64,000 bases of DNA, from the NCBI RefSeq assembly GCF_004010195.1, contig NC_057720.1, positions 13,533,189 through 13,597,188 of the forward strand, written 5' to 3'. The first letter of the stretch is position 1. Each line of letters opens with the position of its first letter. A program made the position numbers and the translations under genes. Under the pieces are notes generated by a model that was not told the origin of the DNA, searched no databases, and saw only the letters and a program-made list of their open reading frames with translations. Shown here piece after piece: positions 1-12,600 of this stretch. The stretch comes from Chiloscyllium plagiosum. Lineage: Eukaryota.

Positions 1-2150
1 CAACCCACCCTACTCCAACTCTCCCCTCCTCTCCCCCGGTTCTGTTCCTGCTCCTGCTCCTGCTGTTGACGTTAAGCGTCCATTACTGAATCTCAGTTGA
101 AAGTGCAGCCACCTTAACAGCACAATGATAGTCGGCGAGTCAGGGAACTATTAGTGAGCGAAAAAAAAACCCTCTAGTATTTCAAAAATTAATTAAACCG
201 CATGCAATTTAGGGGGACGTTTATCTTGATTTGTCATAACAGCATTAATTCAAGGTCTTTAATTCACTTGGGGCCATATCTGTTACTCGGAATTAGCCGA
301 GCGTCGTTTTAAGCTTTTCCCAGTCTCACCCCTTCTCCAGAAAATAAAACTCTTGTTGTATTTATTTTTTATCTGCAACCTTTTCACCCCCTCCCTTTTC
401 CTCCTGGTGCCCCTTTTGTCTGAGATAATGCAAAAAGCACCGCTTTATGATCCCGTTCAAACGCTTGAAAAGAGTTCGCTTTCATTCTGATGCTGTGATT
501 GATTGAGGTCCGAATTGTTGAAATATTAACGACCTTTTCGACTCGGCGTCCTCAAGAAAATTGAAACCAATTTTCTATCGCCACAGTCTGAGGACGGCTG
601 GGGGTTAGTGGTGAGGGGGAGAAGGGGAAATTAAACCCTCCTTGTTTTAATGAGTCGGCGCTGAGTTTGATGGGGAGGGGGAAGGTGTGAGTTTGGACAA
701 ACAGGAGCAGGAATCATTAGGAGTCAGACTGATAGAGACTTAATTGAGCGCTTAGGGTTCCCGAAGCTCCATCAAAGAGCGGTAAATGAACTTGAGGAAT
801 TCCCCCTGTTCGGTGCTATTTACATTCGAGTCACGCAGCTCCCAAAGTGAAAAAAAAGTTTAAGCTAATGTTACACACTTGGCCTTGTGTGCTCTCCCGC
901 TTCCCATCTGTCCAGAACTGCAGTCGTAATTACCACCAAACAAAACAAAAATCCCCAGGAAAAACATTCCAATCAAATGCATAGACTTTTGTGTGTGGGG
1001 GTGGAGTTGGAGATGTTACGAATATCAGAAATGTGTTTTAATAAAATGTATTTTAAACCTCTAAGTTAGCAATTGCCGCTGATGTCCAATTTGAAATACT
1101 CGGGCGTTTTAATTCTGTCAGGTCAACCTTCCCTCTCCCACCCTGCGTCCGTAACAATTCTATTGTTTCAACTCATTGAAGGTTATGTCCGCAGGTATTC
1201 AGTACAAAGTCTCTGTCGACAACATAAACAGTCCCGTCGTGTGTATATTTTGTAAATCCATTTTCCCGAGCGGGTTTAGATGTCACTGTATATTATGACC
1301 TTGTCGTTCATGCTTTTCTTTTGTTGCTTTCACGGGCGGGGGGGTTAAAAACATATCCCCAAAATAAAATTCCCACCCCCCTCCCAAAAATATAAAAATG
1401 GCGAGAGCAGTCCCTTCCAGCGGGATTTTGAGTGGTTAATGTTGCTCAGAAACTCACTGTCGGCGTCACATGAGCCATTAGAATTCAGCCACCAGTGTGT
1501 CGATGTGTATCTGAACTAATTAGTTTTGAGATGGAGTTTTGATTGAAGTTCCACAATCGATGCCTGTGTAAAATTTGTTTCTGGCGCGCCCTATTAAAGG
1601 CTATCTTAAGCGGGCAGCTTTACTGCGCTGTGTGTCGATAGTTTTAATAAACATCTTGAAGACTATTTTTCAATAAAGTGGCGGCAGCAAATTAGTACAA
1701 CGCGATATGACAGTCATTATTCAGAATGTTGGCACAAAAATAAGAAATAGCAGGGAGAGTGTAAGGGGAGCATTATCATTTTAATTTAATTTATTTATTT
1801 GGTTGTCCAAATCTCTTCCCTTGAAATCGCCTGCCCGAATGCCTTTGGTTTAGTTTCATTACATCCTGAGAACGCTGCACAGAGCACCAACGTGATGGGG
1901 AATGGCAGGCGATCCCAGTAAATTACTTTTCTCGTCAAATCGAAATTTCATTCTGGTTGTTAGGGAACGTCGAACTGAAGCAGATGAAGTCATTGTGAGT
2001 TGGGTCGCAGTTCCCCCTTCAGCAGATAAGGAAGTCTGAACACACATTTCATTACAGAACACAAGCGTCTGGAGCAGTGAGAGGGAAATCTGCACTGTCC
2101 ACGCTCTGCCTGAGAGAGTTAACCCTTGCACACAGCAATTTTTTTTTAAG
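1..2150. promoter_or_regulatory. CpG-enriched, repeat-free LMO4 intron segment (CpG island shore, candidate regulatory DNA)
   Basis: CpG dinucleotides are visibly more frequent than in the rest of the window; many TAATTA/TAAT motifs; no transposon fragments recognised. Confidence 0.5.
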
Positions 2151-2800
2151 CGGGAGATCATGTGGGAGCATAGGGCTATGTCACAGGTATGGGAGGGATA
2201 AAGGTTCCAGCTCAAGATAAGGGCTTGTTGGAGAAAAGCATGCTTATGGGGTTATTCCCTGTTTGAAAAATGTTCATTTTGGGGCAGACTAACTCCCTCA
2301 ATCCTTCTATGGGCAGATGGCTTAGCCCTATGTCTGTTTCATAACACAATTTCTCAGGTTGGATCCTGCCCTGACTGATGGTGTTTCTTAATGGTAGCCT
2401 CTGTACTTTTGCAGAAAATTTTAGTTCTTCCACAGGAGACTTAGTCAACTCGCAAAGGTAACCAGCTCTTTAATATTCCAGTATAGTTGGGCTTCAAGGA
2501 CAGTGATTCTTTGTGTTATGTCGTTATTCTAACTCCATTTGAATGTGTTTTTAAAAATGGTGCAAATAGTTATTTGGGGAGTTGGAATAAAAAGTGATTA
2601 ACAAATAATGAAATGGTAATGTCTACGAAGTGTACAGTTCTATACCAGAGGTCATGTATGCTAAGTACTGGGAGCCACACAATCTCTCTCCTTTCCTTCC
2701 AGTCAACATTCCCCTGTAAATCAGTAACTGTTGAAATGTTTCTCAGCAGCTGCTTGATAATAATGGTAATGTCTAACTGTGGTCATGCTTTTGTGTTTAG

Positions 2801-2897
2801 ATTGTTTGGGAACAGTGGGGCGTGCAGTGCGTGTGGACAATCTATACCAGCCAGTGAGTTGGTCATGAGGGCACAAGGCAACGTCTATCACCTCAAG
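2801..2897 (+). CDS. LMO4: LIM domain only 4, internal coding exon (97 bp, begins with the last base of a split Arg codon): (R)LFGNSGACSACGQSIPASELVMRAQGNVYHLK
   Basis: Acceptor ttttgtgtttag|A at 2800/2801 with branch-like ctaac at 2773-2777; donor AAG|gtaatg at 2897/2898. The peptide matches the linker and first half of LIM2 of vertebrate LMO4 as recalled. Confidence 0.96.
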
Positions 2898-3274
2898 GTA
2901 ATGGCATCCATTGTGCTTAGAGGAATTGCTGAACTGTCATTATCTGGACAACGTTTTTATCTCTCAGTTGATTACTATTGACATCTTTACTGGTTATAAA
3001 ATGATCACCCCTGGCTCACTGTTGCCCACACTGTAGATTGGTAGTTTGAAATGCTGAGATCAGTCACATAGTATAAAGCGGTGATGTGTAGAAATATTCA
3101 CAGCATTGTTACAGGCCATTCAGCTCAGTACAGTCCCTAAGAGCCTCTTACTAATCTACTTTATTCCCTCCCTGCCCCCATCAGCATGACATTCTATTCT
3201 TTTGGATGTGTTTTCTACTTCATACTGAGAAGGACTGTAATGTTTAACTTTTTAACTTTGTTTCTTTATTTTCT

Positions 3275-3395
3275 ACTTTGTACCTAAGACTTTGTACGTA
3301 GATACCTTTGTACCTAAGATGGTGCTGGGAATAGTGACATTCTACACTTTTCACTTCTGTACTTGAGTACACATGACAATAAAATTTAACTCTAA
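3275..3395 (+). repeat. Old LINE 3' tail fragment (...cttttcact..gtac...acatgacaataaa)
   Basis: Same tail motif as 40820-40890 (- strand) and 42727-42790 (+ strand). Confidence 0.45.
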
Positions 3396-3731
3396 TTCTG
3401 TCTCATTAACTTTTATATTGCTCACATCAGCTAAATTTGTGGTAACAAATTTCACATTCTTCATTTGCTCATGAGGATAGATGTTTTTGCTGAATTCCTT
3501 TATTTGATTTATTACTATCATATTTACAGCTCTGTAATTGGAAACATCTCTGGTATGTTCACTCTTTCAAACCCCATAATAATTTTAAAGATCTGTACTA
3601 GGTAACTCTTCAGCAGCCACCTTTTTCTTGAGAAAAGATTTGCAGCCATTATGTAAGAGGGTTGAGTTTATCCTAAGACTATTGCTTGGTAACTAAACAA
3701 ATGCTGCTTTTGGTTTCTGCCTTCCCTACAG

Positions 3732-3887
3732 TGCTTTACTTGTGCCACTTGCCGGAATCGTCTTGTCCCTGGAGACAGGTTTCACTATATCAATGGCAGT
3801 TTATTCTGTGAACATGACAGACCCACGTCCCTTATCAATGGACATTTGAATCCACTTCAGAGCAATCCTCTACTATCTGACCAGAAG
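3732..3887 (+). CDS. LMO4: LMO4 internal coding exon (156 bp, phase 0): CFTCATCRNRLVPGDRFHYINGSLFCEHDRPTSLINGHLNPLQSNPLLSDQK
   Basis: Acceptor cttccctacag|TGC at 3731/3732; donor AAG|gtaagc at 3887/3888. In frame with the previous exon and completes LIM2 (CxxC...CxxD). Not in the ORF track; translated by hand. Confidence 0.96.
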
Positions 3888-4994
3888 GTAAGCTTAGGTT
3901 CTGTGTGGCTTCTGCCTCCTTTTTATACTTTATACTCAAGGTGAGAAGATTCAGTGAAGGGAGTCATAATAGTTTTGAATTTATTTGGAGACGTTATGCA
4001 GAGCAAATTGCAATTCATCTTCAATTTGAAGTCTGGTCTTTTGCTGAATGTTAAATATGAAGATGTAATAATGTGTAGCATGTAAACTCAACATTAAACA
4101 GAATTGTATTTTGTTCCTTTAATTAAAATAACCAGGTGGTGCCGTGTGATGTAACTTCTCTGTGACATTGACATGACATGATGGGATGCTCCAGCAAGGT
4201 CATTCCATGTGTACCAGCTTGTTTTCACTTGTTTTTTGGTGTACCTGGGCTTTGGAGTAAAGTGCAGTATCTGCTTTGGTGCTGGCTTCTGTGCGTGGTG
4301 CGTGCTCTCCTCCTGCCACCAATAAATAAATAAAAATGTTTTATTGGCAAAGATAAGAGACTCAAATCATTTTGCACTACCAGTGGGTGGATCTCATTGA
4401 CATGTTTCAACCTGATACAGTGAATGTTTGATGTAAATGCTTCCCTACTTTCACCACTTCTTTGCTCCTTACTTAGTTATAGAAAAACAAACACCCGAGC
4501 TATTTTATATTCTGAAAGCTGCAACAGATTTGAGAAGGAAGCGTTCTTTGAACAATTTAACCAGAAATTAGAAATGTTGAGTGATGTATTGGGATTGAGG
4601 TGGTCCATACCCTAGCAGATACAATTTGGAAGCACTCGCTACAGAATCAATGTAATTCTGCATTGCTTCATATTGTTCCTTACTATTGATCAGCATTTCT
4701 ACCATGATCTGAGTAATTTGTTAGATAGGCTGAAATCAAATTAAATATCACAATGTTTCATATTTTCCATAATGAAGTTTCTCATAATGGGAGGGGGTGA
4801 ATTATATTCATGAGTTAGCAGTCTCGTCTCATCAAAGTTGCAGATGTTATGCAATCCTTCGACCGCAATCCTTTACTCTCTTTTAGTGACTCTGCCTGAC
4901 ACCCAATGTTCCTTGCATCATCCAGTTAGTAGGAATGACTCTTTATCCTTCTGTCCCTAATATCACGCTGTAGCACTCACTCCCTGTTCTTTTG

Positions 4995-5142
4995 GGGTAA
5001 AAACAATGACTGCAGATGCTGGAAACCAGATTCTGGATTAGTGGTGCTGGAAGAGCACAGCAGTTCAGGCAGCATCCAAGGAGCAGTGCTGCTTCTCGGA
5101 TGCTGCCTGAACTGCTGTGCTCTTCCAGCACCACTAATCCAG
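4995..5142. mobile_element. PLE terminal-repeat fragment in fold-back (inverted) arrangement, within the last LMO4 intron
   Basis: 5032-5077 (tctggattagtggtgctggaagagcacagcagttcaggcagcatcc) is the reverse complement of 5097-5142; same family as the PLE terminus at 40115-40210. Confidence 0.85.
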
Positions 5143-7494
5143 ACCCTTCACTATCCCATGACTCAGCTTCTAATTTAGACTCTTGGCCTGCTATTCCAGT
5201 GCACATTGATACGGGATAAATATATTGAGTGGAAAGACTGCAATAGAATCAAAATGTTTATGATTTAATGTGCAAATTATCTTGAGTGCTGAGTTAAGGC
5301 AAAAAAAAATCTCCCATCAGAACTGGTTTGTATATTCCTTGAAGCTTATGTGTCATTGATTTTACCAATTTGGACATCCTGGATGAATTTAGTTTCTGAT
5401 GTTGACACTCACATTCATATAATGGTTTAACTTGGATTGAGAGTGAGGTATGTTAGTCCCTTATTGATAACACGGTTTCCGTATAAATAGCACTATAGTG
5501 GTGTCACTAGTTAATATGCCTCTGATTTTAGACATATTTTCAAATGTCCTCCCTCTTAGTCCCTTAGCAGACATGTGTATATTTAAACACAAGTTGTAAT
5601 GGGATACTTTAGTGAGAAACCATGTCTCCAATTCAAAAGAGGATGAGAAGAGTCTAAAGATTGTAAATTATCTGTCCAGCAAGGAAAGTAAATGGCAAAA
5701 GCTTGTATGTGGAGGTTGCCAAGTTATTCCAACTACCGCACGTGCTTTTCTTTCCTATTTGCAACATAAATGGATGCAGTGGGAATCTGAAGAAGTCCAA
5801 GTTTTGTCTAGAAATTGTCCCTTGATCTAGAACTGTGACTCAGGTCAAAAGCATTGCCCTCGCAACAGATTGATTCATTGGGAGCTACCTGGGATCTGGT
5901 GTGACACTGAGTTTTTGAATCTGGTTGGATCTCAGCCTGATCCACTGCTTCCTGCCATCAGCCTTTCAAATTCTGCAGACGATTCACTCATGATTTAAAT
6001 GGCCAAGTGGAGTCAGCAACACTGGAAGGGTTAATTGTGTGGAATTTTAACAAGTGTTAAACAGATGGGTTTTTTTTCCCCTTCTCAACTTCAGAGTAAT
6101 GTCAACAATTCTGTGCCAAACGCAGCCTTGCCTTTTAAAGGTCCTTTTCCCCCATTCTCCACTTTTAACCTTGTATTCTTTGGGAAGTTTAGGAAAAATG
6201 GCAATTTCTGCCCCACCCCCTCCAGTTAGACAGCTCCTTCGCCCCCACCCTTACTCTCCACCTCTTTGTGTTACTAACTAAACAGGACTCTGCTCTGGTA
6301 GGCAAAGTACTGTCAAGGACAGAAAGAGAGCCTGATAAGTTTTTGTTCCTTAAAACAAAATGCAAAACATTTCCATTAAAACAGCATAATTGGTGTTGTC
6401 TCTGTCGATAGGGGCCGACATTTGATGTTCATTTATTAAATAGGCGCTAGGCTGCTCCCTAATCTCTTTGTTCAAGACAGACAAATTACCTTTCTCACAC
6501 TGTGGTCAAACTCAGGGGAATTATAGCTCAATGCCTCAGCTAGTTTAATTAGCCTGCAAGTGGGGGGTTGCAAATTGCTAATGCACCTCAGGCTTTTAGT
6601 TGCTCGATCAGAGGGTGAAACAGGGAAATGCACTAAACTGATAAAAATTCTAACTTGTGAAATGTCAAGAAAATAGAACTTTTATTTAAAATAAAATTGA
6701 CTTGTGTATTTAGCTAGCTTATTGGGTGTTGGTTGCTGTATTGTTTGGAAAGCAGGCATTACTCTGTCAATTGTGACACTGTTTGCCTCACCAGTTCAGT
6801 CTCTCTCTGGCTAGAAAAAAAAACTTTTGAGTGTTTTTTTTGTCGTGCACTGTAATCTGGTAAACAATATTTGTGCCTTTTCTCTCCACCCCATTGTAAA
6901 TGGTTGCAGACTGCGGTTTCAGTGATGGTGTGCAGTCTTTTAAACCCAGTCTGTGTTCCATTCTTCCCTGCTTTATTTGGGTCAAATGAAAGCAAGGCTT
7001 CCATTTTGCAGTTATGTTCACCCATTTGGTACATAACTTTTTCTCAATTTTTTTTTGTTTGATTATAAAATAGTCAAATCCATTATTTGTTTAGCGCACA
7101 CTAACTGGTTCCACATCGAATTATTTAAGTTATGTAAAATCGAAGTAGTCTGAAACTGACAGCTGCCTAGAATGAATGTTATGAGGCTGACTGTTATGTT
7201 CTGGCTGAAATTCCAGAAATCTAGTTGAAGAATGGATTAATGAAATGGAGATGTTTATATCGATACGCGACACGTTTGGCCATACCGTTCTGAGTGAAAT
7301 CAGCTTTTTCAGTTCAAAACTTTCAATGAAATGAAAATTAGGAAATAGTATAAGCATCCAAAAAATGATAGTGTGTACTTCCTGCAAATTCTTCTTGGTA
7401 GAACGGGCCTTGGGGGCATTTTGGGAGAGGGCTTTGATTATGGTGCACTTTCCCCTCTCCTTGAGCTGACTTTTCTCACTGTTTTGATCTGCAG

Positions 7495-7503
7495 GTTTGC
7501 TGA
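7495..7503 (+). CDS. LMO4: LMO4 terminal coding segment GTT TGC TGA (V-C-stop)
   Basis: Pyrimidine tract and acceptor ttttctcactgttttgatctgcag|GTT at 7494/7495, branch-like ctgac at 7466-7470. Gives the typical LMO4 C-terminus ...DQKVC*. Confidence 0.9.
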   Translation, partial: VC

Positions 7504-8280
7504 GATGGGTTTGAGCAGTGCAGAATGCGTGCCTTCATCTTTTCGATCTGGCTCATCGCAGGTGGACCCCACTTTGTTCCAGTAGACAGTCATGTTTTTT
7601 GGCTGGTTTCAATGCCAGGTACACGACGACATTGCACACTTATATACCCTTGCTAGTTTGCTCTCACCAAGCTGTTCTTGCATTAAAAGTGACTTGAGGA
7701 CACCAGATTATGGACTCCGTGAACCCGGGCTAATGAGACTGTTCAGAAAGGGGGTGGGGAGGCAAAAATACATATGGCCCATTTTGGAGGACATCTGGAA
7801 TAATGACAAATTAAACTAATTACTGGAGGTTTTGAGATGTGCTTTGTACCTACATTAATGATTAGCAAGGCACTGGCCTCGGGATTCCCCCTCCTCCCTG
7901 TATTCTATTTTCTTTACGACATCCTTGCAAAAAATTGTGTTGGCTCTTTGTATTTCTAAGTGTTGTATTGACAATGTGTTTATTGCTATTATTATTAATA
8001 AAGAGGCGGCATTGGGAGAAAAAAATCCAGTGATTTTGTGGTAGTTCTCTATCATATAAACACTTTTAGTGGTTCTCTGTACAATAACATGTATGTATGC
8101 ATGTATGTGATTTGTCAAATGTTGCTTCTCCCCCTCCAACCCCCAGCAAAACCATCCCAGCTTTCTAGTATCTAATGTAGGACTTTAAGAATGGAAATTT
8201 TATTTGTGATATTTTCAAAAAAAAAACATTTGCTCTAGTATGGTGTATTTAAATAATAAAAAGCTTGAACTGGGGAAAGA
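7504..8280 (+). other. LMO4: LMO4 3' UTR (approximate end)
   Basis: Repeat-free, AU-rich sequence after the stop codon, ending at AATAAA (8255-8260) followed by a GT-rich tract (tgtgtgtgttctt, ~8286-8298). Confidence 0.7.
8255..8260 (+). terminator. Probable polyadenylation signal of LMO4
   Basis: AATAAA with a downstream GU-rich element about 25 nt later. Alternative AATAAA at 7997-8002 and 8299-8304. Confidence 0.6.
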
Positions 8281-9696
8281 TGAATTGTGTGTGTTCTTAA
8301 ATAAACTTAAATAAGCACCACAAGCTCCAGTTCCATTTCCAGTAAAACTGGTAGAAATATTTTTTAATATGTCAACTTTTAATGAGTTCCGTCTATTTAG
8401 TATTGGCTACAATGAGAAAACGCTTTATGTACTTTAGATTATAGACCTATTACGTTACAAATGTCATTTGTGCTCAGATAATCCATATGCAAGCAGTAAA
8501 GTAGTGTCTTTGATCTGTTTATAGTAATGGGGGAGGAGTGGAGGGGCGCGGGTGAGTGGTAATGGATCTGAAAACCTTAAATCTAAACGAGAGTATCATA
8601 AATCACTGAAGTCATGTTTGGAAGTATTTAGCACCAGAAGTTTTCACGAGAAAAGGTATGAATGAACTTTCGGTGGAGGGGGCTATAAGTTGGAGAAAAT
8701 CGTGCCACAATTGGTATTGCACAGAGAGAGGCTGCTCAGACCTGCATTCTATCATTGAAATGCATGTCCTGATAGGTTAATACAAGGTTTTCACCCGGAA
8801 CAAACAAGGAACACAATGTTCTATAAATCAGGACAGCACTGAGTCCAGTTTAAAAAGCCATTAACTGAGGGCAGGAATTGACAGAAATGACCTGCTTTTC
8901 TGTCTCTGGTTTCTTCTTAAGTGACAGTGACACTGTGTTAATGTGGGAGAACTCTGACACTTATCACAGGACACTGTTTAAAAAGCAGTATTTGCCTATT
9001 GCTTTTAGGAGATTTTTTTTGTTACAAATGCCTTTTTAAACAAAAGCACCTGGACATTTTTTTGGCGTTATGCAACTGGATCATGCTGGTTTTTTTAAAA
9101 GGTTTTAAAATCTCTGTTACAAGCAAAATGTGATGATAGATTCAGAAGTTGGGCTCACACATAAGCTGAAAACTACATACTCCTGATTTACCTAGATTTC
9201 CTGCAAGTAACCCAAGTCGTGTTGAGAAGCAGGATATTGCTAATGGCTAAAAAAAATGAGTAGCAATGTCTTTAATGTAAAGACTAATGATCTATCCAAA
9301 TCTTACAGCTGATTTGGATCTACTTACTGAAAAATTTGTTTGCTGAAATCTTTTATATCCTATTGTTTTGGCCTAAAGTGATCACTTGCTTCAGTTTCTA
9401 TTCGGAGGTATCTCCAGCCATTTATTACATTAAGGGTGTCATACTCTGTTGTTATTTTCTCTCTCCTTTTGTAAGGCACTCCTTTTAAAACCCTATCTTT
9501 CTGCACAAGCATTTGGTCACCTGTCCTAATGTCTATGCAACTTACTGTGAAATCCTGGTTTGTAACATTTACTATGAAGTGCATGGTGAATTGTACTACA
9601 TCAAAGCTGCTATATGAATGTAAGTTGTAGCCCTCTGAAACCTAATAGAGGGATTTTAATTTTTTTAAAAGCTTCTGTTTTCTGACTGGTTACAGA

Positions 9697-12600
9697 ATCA
9701 TAGAGTCAGAGAGATGTGCAGTATGGAAACAGACCCTTGGGTCCAACTTGTCCATGCCAACCCCAGATATCCTAATCTAATCCAGTCCCATTTGCCAACA
9801 CTTGGCCCATATCCCTTTCAACCCTTCCTATTCATATACACATCCAGATGCTTTTTAAATGTTGCAATTGTACCAGCCTCCAGCACTTCCTCTGACAGCT
9901 CATTCCATACACGTACCACCCTCTGCGTGAGAAAGTTGCCCCTTAGGTCCCTTTCATATCTTTCCCCTCTCACGCTAAACCTATGCCCTCTCGTTCTGGA
10001 CTTCCCCCACCTCAGGGAAAAGACCGGGGTCGAATGACCTTTCCTCAGACTTCATTTGCTTTTATTATGTCTTACTGATCAGAGCATTGACCCTTGAGAT
10101 AGCAGCGAGTGTGTCCCCACCACCTGACACATAAGACCATAAGACATAGGAATGGAAGTAAGGCTATTCAGCCCATTGAGTCAACTCCACTATTTAATCC
10201 CAAACTGCTGTAGTCCTATTTACCAGCACTTGGCCCATATCCCCTAAACCCTTCCTATTCATATACCCATCCAAATGCCTCTTAAATGTTGCAATTGTAC
10301 CAGCCTCCACCATTTCCTCTGGCTGCTCATTCCATACATGTACCACCCTCTGTGTGGAAAAGTTGCTCCTGAGGTCTCTTTTATATCTTTCTCCTCTCAC
10401 CCTAAACCTATGCCCTCTAGTTCTGGACTCCCCGATCCCAGGGAAAATACTTTGTCTATTTATCCTATGAAATCCTCATGATTTTCTAAACCTCTATAAG
10501 GTCACCCCTCAGCCTCCAATGCTCCAGGGAAAACAGCCCCTGCCAGTTCAGCCTCTTCCTATAGCTCAAATCCTCCAACACTAGCAACATCCTCATAGAT
10601 CTTTTCAGAACCCTTTCAAGTTTCACAACATCTTTCCGATAGGAAGGAGACCAGAATTGCGCGCAATATTCCAACAGTGGCCTAACCAATGTCCTGTACA
10701 GCCGCAACATGACCTCCCAATTCCTGTACTCAATACTCTGACCAATAAAGGAAAGCATACCAAACGCCTTCTTCATTATCCTATCTACCTGTGACTCCAC
10801 TTCAAGGAGCTATAAACCTGCACTCCAAGGTCTGTTTGTTCAGCAACACTCTCTAGGACCTTACTGTTAAGTGTATAAATCCTGCTAAGATTTGCTTTCC
10901 CAAAATGCAGCACCTTGCATTTATGTGAATTAAACTCCATCTGCCACTTCTCAACTCATTGGCCCATCTGGTCAAGATCCTGTTGTAATCTGAGGTAACC
11001 TTCTTCGCTGTCCACTGCACCTCCAATTTTGGTGTCATCTGCAAACTTACTAATTGTACCTCTTATGCTCACATCCAAATCATTTATGTAAATAACAAAA
11101 AGTAGAGGACCCAGCACCGATCCTTGTGGCACTCCACTGGTCACAGGCCGCCGGTCTGAAAAAGAACCCTCCACCACCACCCTCTGTCTTCTACCTATGT
11201 GCCAGTTCTGCATCCAATTAGCTAGTTTTCCCTGTATTCTGTGAGATCTAACCTTGCTAACCAGTCTCCCAACGGGAACCTTGTCGAACGCCTTACTGAA
11301 GTCCACATAGATTACATCTACCGCTCTGCCCTCATCACTCCTCTTTGTTACTTCTTCAAAAAACTCAATCAAGTTTGTGAGATATGTTTTCCCATGCATA
11401 AAGCCATGTTGACTACCCCTAATCAGTCCTTGCCTTTTCAAATACATGTACATCCTGTCCCTCAGGATTCCCTCCAACAACTTGCCCACCACTGAGGTCA
11501 GGCTCACTGGTCGATAGTTCCCTGGCTTGTCCTTACCGCCCTTCTTAAACAGTGGCACCATGTTAGCCAACCTCCACACTTCCGGCACCTCACCTGTGAC
11601 TATCGATGATACAAATATCTCAGCAAGAGGCCGAGCAATCATGTCTCTCGCTTCCCACAGAGTTCTCTGGTACACCTGATCTGGTCATGGGGATTTATCC
11701 ACCTTTAACCGTTTCAAGACACCCAGCACTTCCTCCTCTGTAATCTAGACATTTTGAAAGATGTCACCATCTATTTCCCTACATTCTATATCTACCATAT
11801 CCTTGTCCACAGTAAATACTGATGGAAAATACTCATTTAGTATCTCCCCCATTTTCTGCGGCTCCACATAAAGGCTGCGTTGCTGATCTTTGAGGGACCC
11901 TATTCTCTCCCGAGTTATCCTTTTGTCCTTAATGTATTTGTAAATACCCTTTGGATTCTCCTTAATTCCATTTGCCAAAGCTACCTCATGTCCCCTTTTT
12001 GCCCTCCTGAATTCCCTCTTAAGTATACTCCTACTGCCTTTATACTCTTCTAAGGATTCACTCAATCTATCCTGACGATACCTTACATATGCTTCCTTCT
12101 TTTTCTTAACCAAACCCTCAATGTCTTTAGACATCCAGCATTCCCTATACCTACCAGCCTTTCCTTTCACCCTGACAGGAATATACTTTCTCTGGATTCT
12201 CGTTGTCTCATTCCTGAAGGCTTCCCATTTTCCAGCCATCCCTTTACCTGCGAACATCTGTCCCCAATCATCTTTCGAAAGTTCTTGCCTAATACCATCA
12301 AAATTGGTCTTTCTCTAGTTTAGAACCTCAACTGTTTGATCTGGTCTATCCTTTTCCATCACTGTTTTAAATCTAATAACATTATGTTTGCTGGCCCCAA
12401 TGTGCTCCCCCACTGACATCTCAGTCACCTGCCCTGCCTTATTTCCCAAGAGTAGGTCAAGTTTTGCACCTTCTCTAGTAGGTACATCCACATATTGAAT
12501 CAGGAAATTTTCTTGTGCACACTTAACAAATTCCTCTCCATCTAAACCCTTAACACTATGGCAGTCCCAGTCTATGTTTGGAAAGTTACAATCCCCTACC

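Noticed and set aside
1..2800. First coding exon and promoter of LMO4
   Set aside because: No sequence encoding the N-terminus or LIM1 (e.g. KRCAGCGGKIADRF) was found; these must lie upstream of the window.
2613..2981. 122-aa ORF as a standalone gene
   Set aside because: Only 2801-2897 is coding (an LMO4 exon with clear splice sites); the rest is intron read-through.
10956..11675. RT ORFs (also 28059-28430, 34428-35177) as a novel RT system or active element
   Set aside because: Standard CR1 LINE ORF2 fragments broken by stops and frameshifts; no prokaryote-type partner genes or ncRNA.
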